Shown: piece after piece, positions 45,619-56,131 of the stretch
How positions within the stretch are numbered: position 1 is the first letter of the stretch
Layout: the number at the start of each line of letters is the position of its first letter
Assembly (NCBI GenBank): GCA_965231125.1
Contig: OZ246414.1
Location: forward strand, 281,512-345,511
Direction of reading: 5' to 3'
Source of the DNA: an uncultured Gammaproteobacteria bacterium
Lineage (GTDB): Bacteria; Patescibacteriota; Microgenomatia; Woykebacterales; RBG-16-39-9b
DNA length: 64,000 nt
Notes under the pieces: generated by a model
Told to the model about the DNA's origin: nothing
Databases searched by the model: none
What the model saw: the letters and a program-made list of their open reading frames with translations, nothing else
Program-made: the position numbers and the translations under genes

Positions 45619-46761
45619 ATGGGAAAGTTAAGGCAAAAGGAAAAAGGCAAAAGGAAAAAACTGAATCTAAAAGTTCTTGTATTATTTATCGGCGCATTTT
45701 TTATTGTCGTTATATTACTCACCGCTTTAATAAGTTACTCAGGGACCAATATAGCACCAAAGAGTTTGGTTCGCGCTAGCGATGTAATTATCACCGAAAT
45801 CCCGTTTTTGCCCAAACCCCCAAGGCAAGTGTTAAGCCGAGCTTTCTTTGAAATGGCAAGAATAAAATCGGGAGAACACGATTTTAGCTTACAAGTAGTT
45901 GGTGATCCGGATACTTCGAACGAGAAAAAAATCTTCTCGGTCCAAATCGCCGGCCCGTTTGCGGAAAGTGCTGGGGAGCTTAATCTATCAGGTAAGAGCA
46001 GTCTAGATTTAGTAGGTACTAAGTCAACAACTCATTCCCAAATAAATTTTACGGATATTTCTGGAGCTTTATACTTTCAAGTTAAAAACCTGCCCGACTA
46101 CGGCAATTTGCGGTTCAATAGACTTGGGCAGGGTTGGTATAGAATCGACGTCGGAAAAATTAAAAATGATGCAAAGGCGAACGTTCTGTCCGACAAAGAT
46201 ATTGCGGCCTCCATAAAACAAAAGGCTGAGCTTTTGCTTGGCAAGTTAAGCGCAAAAAGTATTAGCCAAAAGATTTCAGTTTTGCCCTCTGAGGAGGTAG
46301 GCGGCAGAAAAAGCCGGCACTACAAAATCGTTTTGGGTGGCGGAGATACGAAGGGCATAACAGACGTTTTTAACTCTGGGCTTGCTGATAGCATAAAAAA
46401 TTTGAGTTTGGATTTTTGGGTAGACAAGTCGAAATATTATTTTAATAAGGTACAAATTGAGGGTCTCGTTTCTTTGCAAAGAAGCCCAGTAGCAAACGTA
46501 ATTATTACCTCACCACCAGTCGGTTTTAAATTTGGGTACAGTTATAACAACTCGCCAGCTGCCGAAATAGCGCCTCCAAAAAGTGCCGAAGATGTCTCTT
46601 CGTTAACCAATCTTTATTTGCTTCTTACTAGCCAACCCAAAAACAAGAATCCCTTGAGCAGTATTTTGGATTTGAGTCAAAATTTGGGCGATTTTGGCGC
46701 CAACCTTCTTACAGTCGAACGCCTCTTGCATGTTCTTTATTTGACTCCGATATCTTTGTGA
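45619..46761 (+). CDS. Hypothetical secreted/membrane-anchored protein
   Basis: N-terminal transmembrane helix. 380 aa. Confidence 0.45.
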   Translation: MGKLRQKEKGKRKKLNLKVLVLFIGAFFIVVILLTALISYSGTNIAPKSLVRASDVIITEIPFLPKPPRQVLSRAFFEMARIKSGEHDFSLQVVGDPDTSNEKKIFSVQIAGPFAESAGELNLSGKSSLDLVGTKSTTHSQINFTDISGALYFQVKNLPDYGNLRFNRLGQGWYRIDVGKIKNDAKANVLSDKDIAASIKQKAELLLGKLSAKSISQKISVLPSEEVGGRKSRHYKIVLGGGDTKGITDVFNSGLADSIKNLSLDFWVDKSKYYFNKVQIEGLVSLQRSPVANVIITSPPVGFKFGYSYNNSPAAEIAPPKSAEDVSSLTNLYLLLTSQPKNKNPLSSILDLSQNLGDFGANLLTVERLLHVLYLTPISL

Positions 46762-46783
46762 TAAAATTTAGTGAGGTAGATTT

Positions 46784-46978
46784 ATGGCAATTGAGACAAG
46801 GTATTTTTGTAACGGCACGTGCGGTGCAGTTATAACCGAAGAACAATACGCCTCTGGCCTAACAAAATGTGGGACCAAAAGTTGTACTCTTTACCAGCAT
46901 CCTTTTGAAAAGGGTTTGTATTGCACAGTTGAAGGAAAAAGGATTACGGAGGGGGAACGTAGTCAGCACCAACATTAA
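46784..46978 (+). CDS. Hypothetical small Cys-rich protein
   Basis: 64 aa with five Cys. Confidence 0.3.
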   Translation: MAIETRYFCNGTCGAVITEEQYASGLTKCGTKSCTLYQHPFEKGLYCTVEGKRITEGERSQHQH

Positions 46979-47028
46979 TTAGGTTGGTAAAGAGTTACTC
47001 TGCGCTTTGCTCTTTCTTGTCAAAAAGA

Positions 47029-47748
47029 TTAGATTTTTCGGAGATACTTTTGTCTTTTTTCTTCGGAGAAGCGTTCGATGGCGTAGCGCAGAGTGGTACG
47101 GGGCACCGCCCGCGCATGTTTATCGAGAAAATCGGTTAAATCTTTTTCGCTGCAGCGTTTGCCGACTTCGCGCAGCATCCAGCCAACTGCTTTTTGAATA
47201 AGGTCATGCTTGTCAGTAAGTAACAACTGGGCAATTTTCAAAGCGTCGCTTGAATCCCCGTTTTTAATAAATTCGAAAGTCGCGACCATGGCGATCCGCC
47301 TTTCCCACAAATTTTCTGACTTTGCCAGTTTGTAGAGAATCTCTCGGGGTTTATCAAGCAAATAAGCACCAACGATGTATTCAGCGGAGGCATCAACTAA
47401 GTCCCAATTATTAATACGATCTGTATTGGCCAAGTAAAAATCGTAAATCTCTTTTTGGGCCAGCCTGCCGGCAGGCAGGTTTTCGTCTGCTTTCTGGAAT
47501 TGATCAACAAGGATTATTATAGCAACTAAGCGTTCCTCATGGATTGGGGACTTTAAAAGTTGCTCGACGTCGGTGAGAGGTAAATCTTTAAACTTTTTAG
47601 CAACTTGTCGCTGCTCTGGAACAGTAACGCCAATGAACTGATCACCTTCACCGTACTGCCCCGGACCAGTTTTAAAAAACCACGCTGATGCCTTCGCTTT
47701 TTCCGGGCTAGCCAATTTTCGTAGCCCTTCCTTCAAGTCCCTAAGCAT
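47029..47748 (-). CDS. DNA alkylation repair protein (AlkD/AlkC-like HEAT-repeat glycosylase)
   Basis: Family-typical N-terminus (LASPEKAKASAWFFKTG.GQYG.GD.FIGV.VP) and helical repeats. Confidence 0.65.
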   Translation of the reverse strand: MLRDLKEGLRKLASPEKAKASAWFFKTGPGQYGEGDQFIGVTVPEQRQVAKKFKDLPLTDVEQLLKSPIHEERLVAIIILVDQFQKADENLPAGRLAQKEIYDFYLANTDRINNWDLVDASAEYIVGAYLLDKPREILYKLAKSENLWERRIAMVATFEFIKNGDSSDALKIAQLLLTDKHDLIQKAVGWMLREVGKRCSEKDLTDFLDKHARAVPRTTLRYAIERFSEEKRQKYLRKI

Positions 47749-47754
47749 TATTGA

Positions 47755-48000
47755 TTAAATTGTTTTTACTTCGACTACATCCTCCAAAGGGATAGCCGCA
47801 TTTTCATGGGCTTTTCTGACCTCCTCGGCAGAAGGCGCTTCTGTCAGGCAATAAGCAAACCCTTTCTCCATACTGATATGGGCATGCAAAGGTTTCAATC
47901 CCATCTTCTCAGCTGACTCTTTGTAATTATTGAACCCACCGTTCACATCAGCCTCAGTCATACCAGTCTCTAACTTATGGACTCCAAGAAACTCCGCCAT
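47755..48000 (-). CDS. DUF4242 family protein
   Basis: VHKLETGMTEADV...FAYCLTEAPSAEEV..AH fits the DUF4242 pattern. Confidence 0.55.
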   Translation of the reverse strand: MAEFLGVHKLETGMTEADVNGGFNNYKESAEKMGLKPLHAHISMEKGFAYCLTEAPSAEEVRKAHENAAIPLEDVVEVKTI

Positions 48001-48089
48001 TAAAAATCACCTCCTTGTTATGAAGGCAAATTGTAGCATTTATCTATACTTCTGCCAAGAGATTGTAGAAAAATTAATGGGGCTAGAAG

Positions 48090-48431
48090 TCATTTCTTTT
48101 TAGATTTTTTAGAAGCCTGGAGGGATTTTTCGACCCAAGTTGCCAACTCATCTGGTTGCTCCATAACTTCCGCTGGAAGTTCCCAGTACGACATTGTCAT
48201 TTTCTTGCCGTCCTTGCCTTTATAAACAAAGGGCTCGCTACCAGCTTGCTCATAATCAGCTTGGTTGGTTTCATCAGCCTTAAAATACAACCGTCCGCCC
48301 GCAATAATAGCAAAGAAGATTCCGTCTCGGTAAACTCCCCAGTCACCAAACATCGGCCGCGAAGTTACCCCAGGAATTTCCCGGAAAACTTCGCCTATTA
48401 CATAATCATGAAAACTACTGTCCTTGGCCAT
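48090..48431 (-). CDS. TfoX N-terminal domain protein
   Basis: MFGDWGVYRDGIFFAIIAGGRLYFKAD. Confidence 0.55.
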   Translation of the reverse strand: MAKDSSFHDYVIGEVFREIPGVTSRPMFGDWGVYRDGIFFAIIAGGRLYFKADETNQADYEQAGSEPFVYKGKDGKKMTMSYWELPAEVMEQPDELATWVEKSLQASKKSKKK

Positions 48432-48475
48432 AATTTACCCTTTTATTATAACTTATTGGAGTATATAATCTTTGT

Positions 48476-48886
48476 ATGGAAAAGACAGAAATGGACATGG
48501 AAAAATTGAAAGCAGGTTCTCCTGATCTTTATCACGTTGCTTTTGAAAAAGGAACGGAGGCACCTTTTTCCGGAAAATACGTTTTTAGCAAGGAAGATGG
48601 TATATATAAATGTGCGGTTTGTGGGAGTCCCCTTTTCTCCTCAGACACAAAATTTGATTCCAACACTGGCTGGCCTAGTTTTACCGAGCCTGTATCCAAA
48701 GATGCCGTTAAATATCACGAAGATACAGGTTTTGGAATGTCTCGTACGGAGATTATCTGCGGAAAATGTGGCGCCCATTTGGGTCATGTTTTTGACGACG
48801 GCCCCAAGACTCTGCACGATAAACCATCCACTGGCAAACGCTACTGCATCAACTGCGTTTCCCTGGATATGGAAAAGAAAAAATGA
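48476..48886 (+). CDS. msrB: Peptide-methionine (R)-S-oxide reductase MsrB
   Basis: Two CxxC pairs (CAVCGSPLF; CGKCGAHLGHVFDDGP) and GWPSF. Confidence 0.9.
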   Translation: MEKTEMDMEKLKAGSPDLYHVAFEKGTEAPFSGKYVFSKEDGIYKCAVCGSPLFSSDTKFDSNTGWPSFTEPVSKDAVKYHEDTGFGMSRTEIICGKCGAHLGHVFDDGPKTLHDKPSTGKRYCINCVSLDMEKKK

Positions 48887-49039
48887 CGCCCTCCCCGATT
48901 TCGCATCGGGGCGGCCGACGTTTTACGTCCACTAAAAGTGGGCATAAAATCGGGCCTCGAAAACGAACCCCCATCCCAGTTATTGACAAATCCCAGCGAA
49001 AAGCATATAAATTTAGTACCTCGAAAGGTGGTGATTTTT

Positions 49040-49234
49040 GTGAAATATACGTTCACTTGTCAGATGGGTCACGAACCAATGACCTTTACCGCAGAAGCAG
49101 ACAACGACGAGGAAGCTTTGCAAAAAATTATGGAACAAGCTAGTCCTCACATTGCCGAAGTACACCCTGAAATGGCTAGTAAATCTCCAGAAGAAATGAA
49201 GGAAATGATTACTAACAGTTGGATGAAAGAGTAG
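49040..49234 (+). CDS. DUF1059 family small protein
   Basis: GTG start after AAAGGTGGTGA. K.F.C...G.....F.A....EEAL.KI..QA..H pattern. Confidence 0.45.
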   Translation: MKYTFTCQMGHEPMTFTAEADNDEEALQKIMEQASPHIAEVHPEMASKSPEEMKEMITNSWMKE

Positions 49235-49261
49235 AGCCCCCTTCTTAAGGACCTTAAGAAA

Positions 49262-49299
49262 GACGACCCTGAGTTTGTCGGACGGGTCGTTTTTCTTTT
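49262..49299 (+). terminator. Rho-independent terminator
   Basis: Hairpin ACGACCC..GGGTCGT followed by TTTTCTTTT. Confidence 0.55.
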
Positions 49300-49378
49300 G
49301 CCTGGTAAACTACAACTGTAAAGTTTATCGGTTGCGTTTCTGGAGCATCTTGTCTATATTAAACTTAAGGAGGAAATT

Positions 49379-50401
49379 ATGATTAAGGTTGCAATCAATG
49401 GTTTTGGTAGGATTGGTAGAAGCGCTTTCAAAGTTGCTCTGGACGCTCACAAAGATGAGGTAGAAATTGTTGGGATAAATGATCTGACTGATGCTAAAAC
49501 CCTGGCCCATCTTTTGAAGTACGATACCGCTTACGGGATTTATCATCGCAACATTTCTCATGATGAAAATGATATTGTCGTCGACGGTGCGAAATATCGG
49601 GTTTATGCCGAAAAAGATCCAAGTGCTCTTCCTTGGAAAGATTTGGATGTAGATGTTGTTGTCGAATCCACTGGATTTTTTACAGATAAAGAGGGAAGTA
49701 TGGGGCATATAAAAGCCGGCGCAAAAAGAGTAGTGATATCTGCTCCGGCAAAAGGCGCGGGGGTGGGTACGTATTTAATTGGAGTAAATGCCGATAAAGA
49801 TACTGGCCAGGAACAAATTATAAATAACGCTTCCTGTACGACCAATTGTATCGCGCCAGTGGCAGCGGTAATGCACGCGCAATTTGGCATAATTAAGGCG
49901 ATGATGACAACAGTCCACAGCTATACTGCCGATCAAAATTTGCAAGACGGTCCTCATAAAGATTTACGCCGCGCTCGAGCCGCCGCCGAAAATATTGTTC
50001 CCACCACCACAGGAGCAGCTATCGCCACAACTGAGGCGATCCCAGAGCTTAAAGGCCTTTTTGATGGTATGGCTATTCGTGTGCCAACACCAGTCGGTTC
50101 TATTTCCGACTTTACGTCTTTGCTTAAGAAAAAAGTTACTGTAGACGAAATCAATAAAGCATTCAAGGAAGCGGTTGGTAACCCAATATATAAAGGAATA
50201 CTAGCCGTAACTGAGGAGCCTGTGGTTTCCTCCGATATTGTCGGCCGAACTGAAAGCTCGATAGTTGATCTATCCTTGACGCAGGTGGTAGATGGTGATT
50301 TGGTAAAAGTGTTTGCTTGGTACGATAACGAGATGGGTTACTCACACCGACTGGTTGAACAGACTATTCGAGCCGGCAAGCAGGTAAAAGACACTGACTA
50401 A
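49379..50401 (+). CDS. gap: Glyceraldehyde-3-phosphate dehydrogenase (type I)
   Basis: NGFGRIGR and the active-site sequence ASCTTNC. Confidence 0.9.
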   Translation: MIKVAINGFGRIGRSAFKVALDAHKDEVEIVGINDLTDAKTLAHLLKYDTAYGIYHRNISHDENDIVVDGAKYRVYAEKDPSALPWKDLDVDVVVESTGFFTDKEGSMGHIKAGAKRVVISAPAKGAGVGTYLIGVNADKDTGQEQIINNASCTTNCIAPVAAVMHAQFGIIKAMMTTVHSYTADQNLQDGPHKDLRRARAAAENIVPTTTGAAIATTEAIPELKGLFDGMAIRVPTPVGSISDFTSLLKKKVTVDEINKAFKEAVGNPIYKGILAVTEEPVVSSDIVGRTESSIVDLSLTQVVDGDLVKVFAWYDNEMGYSHRLVEQTIRAGKQVKDTD

Positions 50402-50402
50402 G

Positions 50403-50714
50403 ATGAAAATACCATTCGTGATTTTGAAAGAGCTGATGTTATTGATCGCTGCAATGGTTATCGCGTTTGCTACTTTTTCTCTCTTCCGACACGCCTGTGG
50501 TGATCCAAATGGCGGAGCTTGTCCTATTGTTGGAGAGATGGGCTTTCCCGTAAGAGTGCCTAGTGGGTATACGCCGGGCGTGGTTGAACCTTCTATCGAT
50601 AATCAGTTGAATAGTTTATTTTTCGCGTTTATCATAAACTCAGGGTTTTACTTTCTAGTATTAAATCTTGGCGCCGTTTTGTACAAGAAACTAATCAGTG
50701 CAAAGGAAAAATGA
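50403..50714 (+). CDS. Hypothetical membrane protein
   Basis: Two hydrophobic helices. 103 aa. Confidence 0.35.
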   Translation: MKIPFVILKELMLLIAAMVIAFATFSLFRHACGDPNGGACPIVGEMGFPVRVPSGYTPGVVEPSIDNQLNSLFFAFIINSGFYFLVLNLGAVLYKKLISAKEK

Positions 50715-51214
50715 TTTATCTTGCATCCGATCACGCGGGTTTTGAATTAAAAGAAAAAGTAAAAGGGTATCTGCAAGATGCAGGCTACAAGATAGAAGAT
50801 TGTGGTGCCTACAAATTTGACCCCGACGATGATTATCCAGATTTTATCAGTAAGGCAGCTGAAAAAGTTTCCCGAGATCCAAAAAATTCAAAAGCAGTAA
50901 TATTTGGCGGGTCTGGTCAAGCTGAGGCAATGGTGGCGAATAAATTTCCTGGTGTTCGGTGCGCTCTTTTCTACGCTGTCGTGGCGCCTGTTCAGGCAGC
51001 GGATATTACCGGCAGAAAAAGCGAAGATCCTTTTGAAATGATTAGACTGACAAGGGAGCATAATGACGCTAATATAGTATCAATTGGTGCCAGGTTTGTG
51101 AGCGAAGAAGATGCTAAAAAAGCGATAGATATGTGGCTAAAAGCCCCTTTTACTAACGAAGAAAGACACGCTCGAAGAATCGAGAAGATTGAAAAATTAG
51201 AAAATAGCCACTAG
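50711..51214 (+). CDS. rpiB: Ribose-5-phosphate isomerase B
   Basis: RpiB/LacAB family N-terminus (IYLASDHAGFELKE) and a conserved C-terminal H. Confidence 0.8.
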   Translation: MIYLASDHAGFELKEKVKGYLQDAGYKIEDCGAYKFDPDDDYPDFISKAAEKVSRDPKNSKAVIFGGSGQAEAMVANKFPGVRCALFYAVVAPVQAADITGRKSEDPFEMIRLTREHNDANIVSIGARFVSEEDAKKAIDMWLKAPFTNEERHARRIEKIEKLENSH

Positions 51215-51261
51215 AAACTAATTTACTAGTGGCTAGTGGTTGATTTACTGGTAGCTAGCAT

Positions 51262-51927
51262 ATGGTTGAAATAATTCCAGCAATTCTTAGCACAACAGTT
51301 GGCGATTACCACCACAGATTTAAGGCAGTCGAGCCGTTTACCGATTGGATTCAAGTGGATATCGTCGACGGAAAATTTGCCCCGAATAAAACGATTGGCC
51401 CAAAAGAAGTCACTCGCTTTCTCACTTCAAAAAAATTGGAGATACAACTTATGGTTGAGTCTCCTAAAGATTGGGTTGAACCTTTTGTAAAAATGAAAGT
51501 GGCGAGAATAATTGTACCAGTGGAAACTACGGTGGAGCCGATTCCCTTCATCGATCACCTGCGGAGAAGCAATATTCAGGTGGGTTTTTCCTTAAATCCA
51601 AGAACCGAAGTTAGTAAAGTCGAGCATTTAATCCATAAACTGGATACAGTTTTGCTTCTTTCCGTTAACCCTGGTTTTCAAGGGCAGCATTTTGTTCACA
51701 CTACAATCCAAAAAATTAAAGATCTGAAAGCTTTACGAGGCGATATTTATGTAGAGATAGATGGTGGTGTGCAGCCAGGGATTGCTAGAAAATGCGCCGA
51801 GGCCGGGGCAAACGCTCTCATATCCGGTGCCTTTGTTTTAAAAAACGATAATGTGCAAGGAGATACGTATCAAGAAAAAATTAAGAATGCAATTTCCTTG
51901 TTAAAAGAAGATGTTAAAGACTATTAA
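51262..51927 (+). CDS. rpe: Ribulose-phosphate 3-epimerase
   Basis: IIPAILS...VDIVDGKFAPN.T.G. and DGGV. Confidence 0.75.
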   Translation: MVEIIPAILSTTVGDYHHRFKAVEPFTDWIQVDIVDGKFAPNKTIGPKEVTRFLTSKKLEIQLMVESPKDWVEPFVKMKVARIIVPVETTVEPIPFIDHLRRSNIQVGFSLNPRTEVSKVEHLIHKLDTVLLLSVNPGFQGQHFVHTTIQKIKDLKALRGDIYVEIDGGVQPGIARKCAEAGANALISGAFVLKNDNVQGDTYQEKIKNAISLLKEDVKDY

Positions 51928-52079
51928 AGTCTAATTTATGAGGCTGCAATGAAAGTTTTGGCGTTGGCAATTATTTTAATAATCATTCTTGGAGCTTTGG
52001 CTTACTTTTTCTACGTGAGCAAAGCGTATAAACCCGCCCAACCGGCGGCAACCACACAGGTGGTAAAATAATAGTAAGG

Positions 52080-52973
52080 GTGACTGCCATTATGAAAATT
52101 GGTCAACCAGACGAGCATGCTGCTCATACAAACCACATAGAAATTTTGGAAAAGACGGCCGATGATATCCGCCAAGATATAATTAAGATGCTTGTTACGG
52201 CGGGAAGTGGGCATTCGGCTGGCCCTTTAGGAATGGCAGATGTCTTTACGGCTCTTTACTTTGCTGTCTTAAACCACAATCCGAAAAACCCCCGTTGGGA
52301 AGGTCGAGACCGAGTGTTTCTTTCCAACGGCCATATTTGCCCAGTCTGGTACGCCACTTTGGCCCGCGCCGGCTATTTTCCCCGCGAAGAACTTTTGACA
52401 CTGCGAAAAATTAATTCTCGGCTGCAAGGCCACCCTCATTTTGGTAGTGCTCCTGGAGTGGAAAATACCGGTGGGCCTTTGGGGCAAGGGCTTTCGCAAG
52501 CAATCGGTGCCGCCTTGGCGGCAGCCATGGACGGGAAAAAACACCGCGTCTACGCTCTGCTCAGTGATGGGGAACATGACGAAGGGCAGATTTGGGAGGC
52601 CGTACTTTTCGCTGGGAAAAATAAACTTCATAACCTCACCTCTATAGTCGACCGCAACAACATTCAAATTGACGGTATGACGGAAGATATTATGCCGCTT
52701 GAGCCATTGAAACAAAAATATGAGGCTTTTAATTGGCATGTTCTGGAGATAGATGGGCACAATATGCAAGAGATTATTAATGCTTGTGAAGAAGCAAAAG
52801 CAATTTACGAAAAACCGGTAGTTATCATCGCCCACACTATTCCTGGGAAAGGGGTGGATTTTATGGAGCATGGTTATCTTTGGCACGGTAAACCACCAAA
52901 CCAAGAAGAGGCAAAAAAAGCCCTCGCAGAATTGCGAACCTTGAAAGGAAAGATTATTAGTGAGCATGAGTAA
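52080..52973 (+). CDS. Transketolase, N-terminal (thiamine-diphosphate-binding) subunit
   Basis: SGHSAGPLG, the GDGE region (SDGEHDEG), and GHP. The gene is split. Confidence 0.85.
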   Translation: MTAIMKIGQPDEHAAHTNHIEILEKTADDIRQDIIKMLVTAGSGHSAGPLGMADVFTALYFAVLNHNPKNPRWEGRDRVFLSNGHICPVWYATLARAGYFPREELLTLRKINSRLQGHPHFGSAPGVENTGGPLGQGLSQAIGAALAAAMDGKKHRVYALLSDGEHDEGQIWEAVLFAGKNKLHNLTSIVDRNNIQIDGMTEDIMPLEPLKQKYEAFNWHVLEIDGHNMQEIINACEEAKAIYEKPVVIIAHTIPGKGVDFMEHGYLWHGKPPNQEEAKKALAELRTLKGKIISEHE

Positions 52974-53943
52974 CTTAAACCCAAAACTTTTTGATGAAGA
53001 TGTCGAACAAGTGCCGACTCGCAATGGTTACGGTGAAGGGTTGGTGGAGCTGGGAGAAAAAAATCCCTCTGTTGTAGTTCTTACCGGGGATTTGGCAGAA
53101 TCTACTCGGGCGGAGGAGTTTGGTAAAAAATACCCAGATCGTTTCATTGAGTGCGGTGTCGCGGAACAAAACATGATGGGAATTGCGGCGGGCTTGGCCC
53201 TTTCGGGCAAAATTCCTTTCGTTTCTTCCTACGCTGTTTTTGTTCCTGGACGTTCCTGGGATCAGCTGCGCGTCAGCGTTTGCTACACGAAAGCAAATGT
53301 AAAAGTGGCCGGGGCCCACGCGGGAATATCTGTTGGTCCGGACGGCGCAACTCACCAAGCTTTGGAAGATATTGCCTCAGTGCGGGTTTTGCCCAATATC
53401 GTCGTCGTTGTACCTTGTGACTTTCTCGAGACCAAAAAAGTCACGCTTGCCGCCTCGGAACATAAAGGGCCTTTTTACTTTCGTTTCGCCCGGGAAAAAA
53501 CGCCAGTGATAACCACGCAGGACTCTCCCTTTAAAATTGGCCGAGCAGAAATTTTTCGGGAAGGGAAAGACGTGGCAATAGTCGCCTGTGGACCGTTAGT
53601 GTACCAATCTTTAGTGGCCGCCCGCGAACTTGAAAAAGAGGGAGTAAGTGCTAAAGTTATTAATAGCCACACTATTAAACCGCTGGACAAATTGACGATT
53701 TGTTCGGCGGCAAAAGAAACTGGCGCCGTGGTTACAGTTGAAGAAGCGCAGATTAATGGCGGTCTCGGCGGAGCCGTCGCGGAAGCGCTGGGCGAAAACT
53801 ATCCAGTTCCAATGGAGCGGGTAGGAATGCCAGATACTTTTGGAGAAAGCGGAAAACCCGAAGAACTACTTGAAAAATACGGAATGAGCGTTAAAAAAAT
53901 CAAAGAGTCGGTTAGAGGTGTTTTAAAAAGAAAGAAAAAATGA
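52960..53943 (+). CDS. Transketolase, C-terminal (pyrimidine-binding) subunit
   Basis: FIECGVAEQNMMGIAAGLA and GPDGATHQ. Confidence 0.85.
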   Translation: MSMSNLNPKLFDEDVEQVPTRNGYGEGLVELGEKNPSVVVLTGDLAESTRAEEFGKKYPDRFIECGVAEQNMMGIAAGLALSGKIPFVSSYAVFVPGRSWDQLRVSVCYTKANVKVAGAHAGISVGPDGATHQALEDIASVRVLPNIVVVVPCDFLETKKVTLAASEHKGPFYFRFAREKTPVITTQDSPFKIGRAEIFREGKDVAIVACGPLVYQSLVAARELEKEGVSAKVINSHTIKPLDKLTICSAAKETGAVVTVEEAQINGGLGGAVAEALGENYPVPMERVGMPDTFGESGKPEELLEKYGMSVKKIKESVRGVLKRKKK

Positions 53944-54812
53944 ACGCGAGAGACTGGTTAGAAAAAGCGAAAAAAGAAGGCTTTGCGATTCCGGCTCTCA
54001 ATGTTGGAACTTTTGAGACTTTTAAAGGGATTGTTGAGGCTGCCGTCGAAGCGCGCTCGCCGGTTATTATCGAGTCCTCGACTGGCGAAACAAAGTGGAT
54101 GGAGGCGGAAAATGTTGCGTCTATTTCGCGAAATTTTGCCGGCAAATACAATGTCCCGATAATTGTTAACCTCGACCACGCTTATACCTACGAAGATACT
54201 CGTCCCGGTTTTGAAGCCAAATACGATCTAATCCATTTTGACGGTTCCAAACTTCCGTATGAAGAAAATGTTGAAGTTTGTAAAAAAATTGTTCCCGAGT
54301 CCCATAACATAGGCGCTCTTGTGGAAGGTGAGATCGACCGAATCCAAGGTGAAGGGTCCGAAGTTCACGAGGGCCAAACTGTTGATCAAGCGGCGATTGA
54401 TGAAGGAAAAAGCCATCCGGAACGTTCTGCAAAATTTGTAGCCGAAACAGGGGTCGATATTTACGCATCGTTTTTTGGAAATGTTCACGGCATTTTTCCC
54501 GGTTACACCCCAAACTTAGATTTGGATTTGTTGAAGAGAATCCAGAAAGCAATACCCAATACCTTTCTTTCCATGCACGGATCTTCCGGAACACCAGTTG
54601 ATCAAGTAAAAGCGGCCGTTGCCGCCGAGATAGTTAAAGTAAATGTTAATACGGAGATTCGGCTAGCGTACCGAAAATCTCTTGAAACCGCGTTAACGGA
54701 ACACAAAGAAATTGCCATGTATAAAGTTTTCCCACCAGTTGTGGCGGCAGTAAAAAAAGAAGCCTTGAAGTGGATGGATTGGTGCGGATCGAAAGGAAAG
54801 GCCGAAGGCTAA
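53940..54812 (+). CDS. fba: Class II fructose-bisphosphate aldolase
   Basis: PALNV...ES, LDHA, HGSSG. Confidence 0.8.
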   Translation: MNARDWLEKAKKEGFAIPALNVGTFETFKGIVEAAVEARSPVIIESSTGETKWMEAENVASISRNFAGKYNVPIIVNLDHAYTYEDTRPGFEAKYDLIHFDGSKLPYEENVEVCKKIVPESHNIGALVEGEIDRIQGEGSEVHEGQTVDQAAIDEGKSHPERSAKFVAETGVDIYASFFGNVHGIFPGYTPNLDLDLLKRIQKAIPNTFLSMHGSSGTPVDQVKAAVAAEIVKVNVNTEIRLAYRKSLETALTEHKEIAMYKVFPPVVAAVKKEALKWMDWCGSKGKAEG

Positions 54813-54816
54813 AATT

Positions 54817-55803
54817 ATGCACGACAATATTACCGTTGGCGATGCCACTATTGACACATTCATAAAAATTCACGACGCGCATGTTCAGTGCCGTATAAAT
54901 AAACAAGATTGTCAACTCTGTGTAAATTACGCGGATAAAATAGCCGTGGATGACATGAAGCATTTGGTGGCGGGAAACGCTGCTAACAACGCCGTTGGCA
55001 GTGCGCGGCTTGGTTTAAATGCCGCAATTTATGTAAATGTGGGTGATGATGAGCCCGGACAGCGAGTAAAAAAGAAACTTGAAGACGAAGGAGTAGACTG
55101 TTCGTACGTGACGGTTAACAAAGGTATGGATTCCAATTACTCTGCTGTTCTCAATTTTCAAGGCGAGCGGACCATTTTTGTTTACCACCAACCTTGGAAA
55201 TATCGTCTTCCGGCTCTGCAGAGGACAAAGTGGGTTTACTACACATCAGTTTCCGAGAGTTTTGTTCACAGTACCTTGAGTAGAGATTTAGCAGATTATG
55301 TTAAAGGTTGTGGAGCCAAGCTGCTTTACAACCCTGGTACGTATCAGATGAGGGCTGGGATTAAAAAGTACCCAGAAATTTTGGAGGCCTGCACTGTGTT
55401 TAATGTAAACATTGAGGAGGCGAAAAGAGTTTTGGACATTCCCGCTGGCGAAAAAGTCGAAATTAAAAAACTCCTGAAAAAAACTAAAGACGATCTGGGC
55501 GTCGAAAACGTTGTTATCACCGACGGTCGGCAAGGCTCTTACTCTTACGACGGGAAAGACTACTTGCGACTGCCAGAATTTCCCGGTGAGCGAGTTGAGG
55601 CAACTGGTGCCGGCGATGCTTACTCTACAGCGCTACTGGCCGCGCTCTTCCATGGACAATCTCTAGCCGAGGGCATGGCTTGGGGGTCTATCAACGGGGC
55701 TTACGTTGTAAAAAAGATTGGGCCGCAAGAAGGCTTGCTCCACAAACATGAGATGGAAAAAATTCGAGCCGAAAACCCCGAGTTTAAAGCGGAAAGTTTC
55801 TAA
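54817..55803 (+). CDS. PfkB-family carbohydrate kinase
   Basis: GG motif (AGNAANNA) and DT.GAGD (ATGAGDAYS). Confidence 0.7.
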   Translation: MHDNITVGDATIDTFIKIHDAHVQCRINKQDCQLCVNYADKIAVDDMKHLVAGNAANNAVGSARLGLNAAIYVNVGDDEPGQRVKKKLEDEGVDCSYVTVNKGMDSNYSAVLNFQGERTIFVYHQPWKYRLPALQRTKWVYYTSVSESFVHSTLSRDLADYVKGCGAKLLYNPGTYQMRAGIKKYPEILEACTVFNVNIEEAKRVLDIPAGEKVEIKKLLKKTKDDLGVENVVITDGRQGSYSYDGKDYLRLPEFPGERVEATGAGDAYSTALLAALFHGQSLAEGMAWGSINGAYVVKKIGPQEGLLHKHEMEKIRAENPEFKAESF

Positions 55804-55876
55804 ATTTTTACAGCCCACACCACTGTAATCTTGCGGCTACCAAAACCTTTCCAAATCTCCTATAATAAGGCAAAGC

Positions 55877-56131
55877 GTGAAAACTACCATTTATTCTACA
55901 ACTACTTGCCCATACTGTAGGATGGAAAAGGATTACTTTGATTCTAAAGGTGTGAAATACGAAAATTTCTTTGTGGATGCAGACAGCGCGAAAGCCGAAG
56001 AAATGATGAGGGTTTCTGGCCAGATTGGTGTGCCATTTACAGTAATTGAAAAAGACGATGGCTCTGAGGTAAAAATTCTGGGTTTTGATAAGGAAAGGTT
56101 AAATCAATCTTTGGGAATCACCCATGAGTAA
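55877..56131 (+). CDS. Glutaredoxin-like protein (NrdH/YruB-like)
   Basis: TTCPYC CxxC motif. 84 aa. Confidence 0.65.
   Translation: MKTTIYSTTTCPYCRMEKDYFDSKGVKYENFFVDADSAKAEEMMRVSGQIGVPFTVIEKDDGSEVKILGFDKERLNQSLGITHE

Noticed and set aside
47007-47201. 64-aa plus-strand ORF
   Set aside because: Lies inside the alkD-like gene on the opposite strand.
52269-53358. Long minus-strand ORFs (251 aa and 127 aa) across the transketolase genes
   Set aside because: Antisense to the unmistakable split transketolase, so spurious.
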